DNA of 64,000 bases, taken from positions 384,001 to 448,000 of the forward strand of contig CAVYQE010000011.1 of assembly GCA_963770565.1 (NCBI GenBank). The letters run 5' to 3'. Below, one piece after another: positions 59,908 through 64,000 of the stretch; the first letter of the stretch is position 1, and the number at the start of each line of letters is the position of its first letter. Under the pieces are notes generated by a model, which searched no databases, had not been told where the DNA came from, and saw only the letters and a program-made list of their open reading frames with translations. A program made the position numbers and the translations under genes. This stretch comes from an uncultured Actinomycetota bacterium (GTDB lineage Bacteria > Actinomycetota > Actinomycetes > JAFAQI01).

Positions 59908-60201
59908 GTGGATCCCGAGGACGACAAGCTGGTGACGCTGGCGCGCTCGGCCAGGGCCCGTGCCGGTGGCGGCGAGGGCGCGGCCGTCCGCGACGAGATC
60001 GGCCGGACGTACGTCGCCGCGACGGTGACGCTCCCCGCGTTGTCGTTGACGGCGTTGCAGGCCGCGGTCGCGTCCGCGGCATCCAGCGGCGCGACCGCGC
60101 TGGAGGCCGCGGTGGTTGTGACAACCCAAGCGGAGGCCGAGGTCGACCGGGCGGTGCTCGCCGGCCTCGGCGAGCCGGTCGTACACGTGGTGGCGCCGTG
60201 A
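59908..60201 (+). CDS. Cytidine-deaminase-like protein, degenerate actinobacterial type
   Basis: ED.KLVTLARSARAR....EGAAVRDE.GRTY; lacks CAE/PCxxC Zn ligands; usual position before era. Confidence 0.8.
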   Translation: MDPEDDKLVTLARSARARAGGGEGAAVRDEIGRTYVAATVTLPALSLTALQAAVASAASSGATALEAAVVVTTQAEAEVDRAVLAGLGEPVVHVVAP

Positions 60202-60710
60202 CCAGGCTGCGGCGGGTCGAAGCCGCGGACATCGAGATCCTCGAGGCGCAGTACGCGTCGCCTGACGTCGCGGGCGGGCAGTCCTGGTTCGGCTTCGCCG
60301 ACGCGGGCCGGGTCCGCCGGCGGGTCGAGGCCGGCGAGACCCTTCAACCCGAGCGCGGGATGCTCGCCGTGGTCGACGACGACGACCTCGTCGTCGGCGA
60401 GCTGACCTGGCTCAGGGTCTTCAACGGGCCGCCGCCGAACGGCGACTGCTGGAACATGGGGATCTGGATCGCTCCGGAGCATCGCGGCAAGGGGTACGGC
60501 ACCGCCGCGCAGCGCCTCGGTGCGGACTATCTGTTCGAGCACACGATGTGCGAGCGGGTCGAGGCGTCGACCGAGTCCGGCAACATTGCCGAGCAACGCG
60601 CCTTGGAGCGCGCCGGTTTCACCCGCGAGGGCGTGCTTCGCCGGGCCTGCTTCCGCGGCGGCGAGTGGCGCGACATGATCATGTTCAGCAAGCTGCGCGG
60701 CGAGAAGTGA
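60198..60710 (+). CDS. GNAT N-acetyltransferase (RimJ/RimL-like)
   Basis: PEHRGKGYGT, N.AEQRALERAGFTREG.LR. Confidence 0.9.
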   Translation: MTRLRRVEAADIEILEAQYASPDVAGGQSWFGFADAGRVRRRVEAGETLQPERGMLAVVDDDDLVVGELTWLRVFNGPPPNGDCWNMGIWIAPEHRGKGYGTAAQRLGADYLFEHTMCERVEASTESGNIAEQRALERAGFTREGVLRRACFRGGEWRDMIMFSKLRGEK

Positions 60711-61600
60711 GTTTTCGCTCCGGATTCGCCTGCTTGCTCGGCCGGCCCAACACCGGCAAGTCGACGCTGACGAACGCCTTGGTCGGCACGAAGGTCGCGA
60801 TCATGAGCGACCGCCCGCAGACCACGCGGCACGCCATCCGTGGCGTGGTCCACCGTCCGGACGCGCAACTCGTCCTGGTCGACACACCCGGCTTCCATCG
60901 GCCCCGGACCCTGCTCGGTCAGCGCTTGAACGACCTCGTGCTCACCACTTTGGGTGAGGTCGACGTCGTCGTCTTCTGCATCCCGGCGAACGAGAAGGTC
61001 GGCCCCGGCGACCGCTTCATCGCGCAGCAGATCTCCCGGGTGGCCGAGCGGACACCGGTCATCGCCGTAGTGACCAAGACCGACTTGGTCGGGCGCGACG
61101 TGGTGGGTGCGCGGCTGCTCGAGGTGGCCGAGCTCGGCGAGTGGGCTGAGGTGGTGCCGGTCAGCGCGGTGGACGGCTTCCAGGTCGACCTCTTGACGGA
61201 TCTGTTGCTGGCCCGGCTGCCCGAAGGTCCGCCGCTGTATCCCGAGGGCGACCTCACCGACTCGCCCGAGCAACAGGTGGTCGCCGAGCTGATCCGGGAG
61301 GCAGCGCTCGCCGGCGTACGGGACGAGTTGCCGCACTCGATCGCGGTCGTCGTCGAGGAGATGCGGCCGCACGCCACCCGGGACGACGTACTCGAGATCG
61401 ACGCGGTCATGTACGTCGAAAGGGACAGCCAGAAGGGGATCGTGATCGGCGTAGGAGGCCAGCGGCTGCGCGAGGTCGGCACGAAGGCGCGCGCGCAGAT
61501 CGAGGCACTGCTCGCCACCAGGGTCTATCTCGACCTGCAGGTCAAGGTCGCGAAGGACTGGCAGCGCGACCCGAAACAGCTGCGAAAGCTCGGCTTCTAG
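60707..61600 (+). CDS. era: GTPase Era
   Basis: RSGF...GRPNTGKSTL, PQTTR, DTPG, TKTD, ELPHS, SQKGIVIG..G; GTG 60707 overlaps the GNAT stop. Confidence 0.97.
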   Translation: MSFRSGFACLLGRPNTGKSTLTNALVGTKVAIMSDRPQTTRHAIRGVVHRPDAQLVLVDTPGFHRPRTLLGQRLNDLVLTTLGEVDVVVFCIPANEKVGPGDRFIAQQISRVAERTPVIAVVTKTDLVGRDVVGARLLEVAELGEWAEVVPVSAVDGFQVDLLTDLLLARLPEGPPLYPEGDLTDSPEQQVVAELIREAALAGVRDELPHSIAVVVEEMRPHATRDDVLEIDAVMYVERDSQKGIVIGVGGQRLREVGTKARAQIEALLATRVYLDLQVKVAKDWQRDPKQLRKLGF

Positions 61601-61604
61601 CGCC

Positions 61605-64000
61605 TCAGTGACGCACGATCAGGGCGTCGAGGTCGATTGTCGTCCTGGTCGACGCGGGGTCCTTGTGACCGGTGTAACGGAAGGCGAACGTCCGAGGCCG
61701 GTCCTTGGTCGCGGCGGTGCCGAAGAAAGCGATCCGGCGATGACCGGCGTGCGCGGAGTACAGATCGTAGGTGCCGAGCGCCGCGCCGGCATGGTCGATG
61801 GTCAGCTCGCCGTAGGCCGGTCCGGTGCGGACCTCGAGCACGTAGCGACGACCGGTTTCGGTGATGGTCGCGAACGACCCGCGGTCGTCGGTGGTGACGA
61901 TCGAGCCCGCGTAGTCGTGCGGCCCGCTGACCCGGGTCCAGCTGCCATGGAAAGTGAACGCGCGATCGTCGTGCGGCACGACCAGGACCTTGGTGAACAC
62001 CGGCGAGGCCTGCCCGGCGAGATCGCGCTCCGTCACCGAAAGCCGGTAGCTGCCACCGGGTCGGGTCACCAATCGATGTGATCCGATCGACGCTGCGGAT
62101 CGAGCCCGGTAGACCACTGCATTGTCGCTCTCGCGAGTGACCGTCACGGTCGCGCCTACCGCGGCAAGCTGCCCCTTCGACGCTGGCGCGGGCCCCCAGC
62201 TCACGACGGCCGCGGTCGGCCGGGTCGGGCTGTGCGGACTCGACAGCCGGATCGTCCCGGCGGCGTCCTGCGGTTGCGGCGCGAAGATGAACGGTGCGAT
62301 CCGCGGCCACAGCGGCGCGCCGAGACCGGTGAGCGTGTCGTACCCGGGTTGCGCCGTGACCGGCAGCTCGGCGGCCTTGCCCCTGGCCGCGCGCCGATCG
62401 ACGTCCGCCTGGCTGCCATTGACCCCGACGGTGACGTCCCGGAACGCGCCGTTGTGCACGGCGTACGCCGAGTAGAGCGCGTCGTGGATGTCGCCGACGC
62501 CGGCGGTCGCGCCGTGCGCGCCGAGCAGGTCGGCGAACAGCGCCGCCGCCTCCGGGGAGGACAGGCTGGTCCCGCCGATCGCGAAGGTCTTCGGGCGACA
62601 TGTGGGTGCGTGGTGCGGCGCGCAGGACTTCACGTCCGACGGGTCCGAGGTGAGCACGCCGAGGCCGGTCGCCGGATCGCCGTCGTCGGCGATGTCCGGC
62701 ACCAGCCGATTCGGCTGTGCGCCGAACCGGCCCTTCTTGCCCGTTGTGGTGGTGAAGCGGTGATCGCCGAGGGCGGCTGCCTGATATGACGGCATCCCGA
62801 ACACTGCCGACTCGCCGCCGCCGGAACCGCCGGTGTCCTTCGGTTTGGTTCCCTGGCAGGTCTCGGGCGAGGTGCACCGCCAAGTCTTGTCGACCCAGTT
62901 CGTGCCAGTGTTCGGCGCCCGCGGACCGACCGGCCGAAGCCGGGTGCCGCCGACTCCGACCACCTCGGGCGAGGACGCCGGGTAGTCGACCGCGATCTTG
63001 GTGGACGCCGGGAGGTCGCCGCAGTCGTAGACGCCGCTGTCACCCGAGGCAGCGAAGACCGTGACGCCCGCGGCGGTGAGCGACTTCAGCACGTTCTCGA
63101 CCGCCGTGATCGTCTCGCCGTCGAAGGCGAAATCGAACTCGTCCTCGCAGGATCCCCACGAGGTCGACAGCGCAACGATCTTCTGGTCGCCACCGCCAAC
63201 TGCGTCGGGACCTTGGGTGACGTCGGAGACCACCTGGCCGATGTCCTCGGCGTACCCCGCGGCACTGTTGTTGGGATTGAAGTACGCCCGCTGGTCGGCG
63301 CTCGGATCGGTCGTGAGGATGGTCTCCTGGTCGAGATCGACCTCTTCGTCGGCACTGTGCTCGCCCCGGCTCGCGATCGGCACCTTGTTGCCGGGCTCGC
63401 CGACCGGGATCTGGACGTACTGGCCGCTCGCGACCGGATCAGTCTTCAGGTGGATCGAGGCGGCGTAGTCGGCGAGGTCCTGTGGATTCCAGCCGGCGAA
63501 CTGCAAGGTGGCGATCGTGAGTGGCCCGTTGACGTCGCGGCCGGTGGCCGGCGACACGTGCGGTGCGGTGTAGGCGTTTCGGAAGTCGGTCCCGGTGCGG
63601 CAGCCCAGCCGGCAGCTGTCCAGCGGGGTGAACAGCGCAGGTCCGGCAGTGGGAAGCACGGCCGCGGCCAGCCCGGCAAGGGGCGCCGGCACGCGAGGGA
63701 AGACCGCAGTCGCGTTCCCGGTCGCTGGTCGGGTGGGCGTGCCGAAGATCGACTCGGCGGTGGCGACCGGAGCCGTCGCGGTGATCGTCCACGCGGTCTC
63801 ACTCGTGACCGTGAAGCCGTCCGCGTGCAGCTGGTCGACCACCTGCCGGTGCGTCCCGACCGACGGCAGGAGCGGCGCCAGGTCGGCCACCCGCAGCGCG
63901 TGGTCGAGTCCTTGTGCGGACGCCAGCCGATCGAGGCCGGGCTGGTCCGGTGCCTTGAGCAGGATCGTCACCGACGTGGTGGTCGTCGCGGCATCGGCAA
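61605..64000 (-). CDS. S53 (sedolisin/kumamolisin-like) serine peptidase; 5' end beyond the window
   Basis: EEVDLDQE (E-x3-D), STSWG, AASGDSG, YPASSP, VPDI, GGTSLSSP, GYDTLTGLG; C-terminal beta-rich extension. Confidence 0.9.
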   Translation of the reverse strand, partial: ADAATTTTSVTILLKAPDQPGLDRLASAQGLDHALRVADLAPLLPSVGTHRQVVDQLHADGFTVTSETAWTITATAPVATAESIFGTPTRPATGNATAVFPRVPAPLAGLAAAVLPTAGPALFTPLDSCRLGCRTGTDFRNAYTAPHVSPATGRDVNGPLTIATLQFAGWNPQDLADYAASIHLKTDPVASGQYVQIPVGEPGNKVPIASRGEHSADEEVDLDQETILTTDPSADQRAYFNPNNSAAGYAEDIGQVVSDVTQGPDAVGGGDQKIVALSTSWGSCEDEFDFAFDGETITAVENVLKSLTAAGVTVFAASGDSGVYDCGDLPASTKIAVDYPASSPEVVGVGGTRLRPVGPRAPNTGTNWVDKTWRCTSPETCQGTKPKDTGGSGGGESAVFGMPSYQAAALGDHRFTTTTGKKGRFGAQPNRLVPDIADDGDPATGLGVLTSDPSDVKSCAPHHAPTCRPKTFAIGGTSLSSPEAAALFADLLGAHGATAGVGDIHDALYSAYAVHNGAFRDVTVGVNGSQADVDRRAARGKAAELPVTAQPGYDTLTGLGAPLWPRIAPFIFAPQPQDAAGTIRLSSPHSPTRPTAAVVSWGPAPASKGQLAAVGATVTVTRESDNAVVYRARSAASIGSHRLVTRPGGSYRLSVTERDLAGQASPVFTKVLVVPHDDRAFTFHGSWTRVSGPHDYAGSIVTTDDRGSFATITETGRRYVLEVRTGPAYGELTIDHAGAALGTYDLYSAHAGHRRIAFFGTAATKDRPRTFAFRYTGHKDPASTRTTIDLDALIVRH

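Noticed and set aside
59908-60201. Catalytically dead cytidine deaminase as a novelty
   Set aside because: This degenerate form before era is a common actinobacterial gene.

Overview
High-GC actinobacterial chromosome segment (Actinomycetia-like gene order; finer taxonomy cannot be read from sequence alone). The right half is the conserved core block leuS-comEA-comEC-holA-rpsT-lepA-hemW-hrcA-dnaJ-rsmE-hit-phoH-ybeY-corC-cdd-like-era. It is interrupted by a sulfur module (CsoR/CstR-like repressor, OsmC, DsrE2, TusE, SQR-like) between holA and rpsT and by an ECF sigma/anti-sigma pair. The left half is accessory: a histidine kinase/c-di-GMP operon, TetR-MFS, and a ~21 kb probable GntR-controlled amine-catabolic region with three class III aminotransferases, a variant enolase, glycerate 2-kinase, an FAD oxidoreductase, an Opp-type ABC transporter and a class II aroA. 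An EfeU-less phosphoesterase-EfeO-EfeB cassette sits inside that region. Main non-coding signals read by eye: (i) identical promoter geometry in front of comEA and comEC (TCCACMG-N21-TCCACMG-N37-TAGCGT-N7-ATG), a candidate competence-regulon element; (ii) a leaderless Leu-Leu-Leu leader peptide attenuator before leuS; (iii) two ~165 bp ERIC-like palindromic elements with fully covarying stems, anchored on TAG stop codons; (iv) several 60-95 bp inverted-repeat elements; (v) CIRCE, TetR, CsoR-type, DosR-like and SigE-type sites. No tRNA, rRNA, CRISPR array, transposase or integrase was seen. All family assignments are motif recognition by eye, not database searches.
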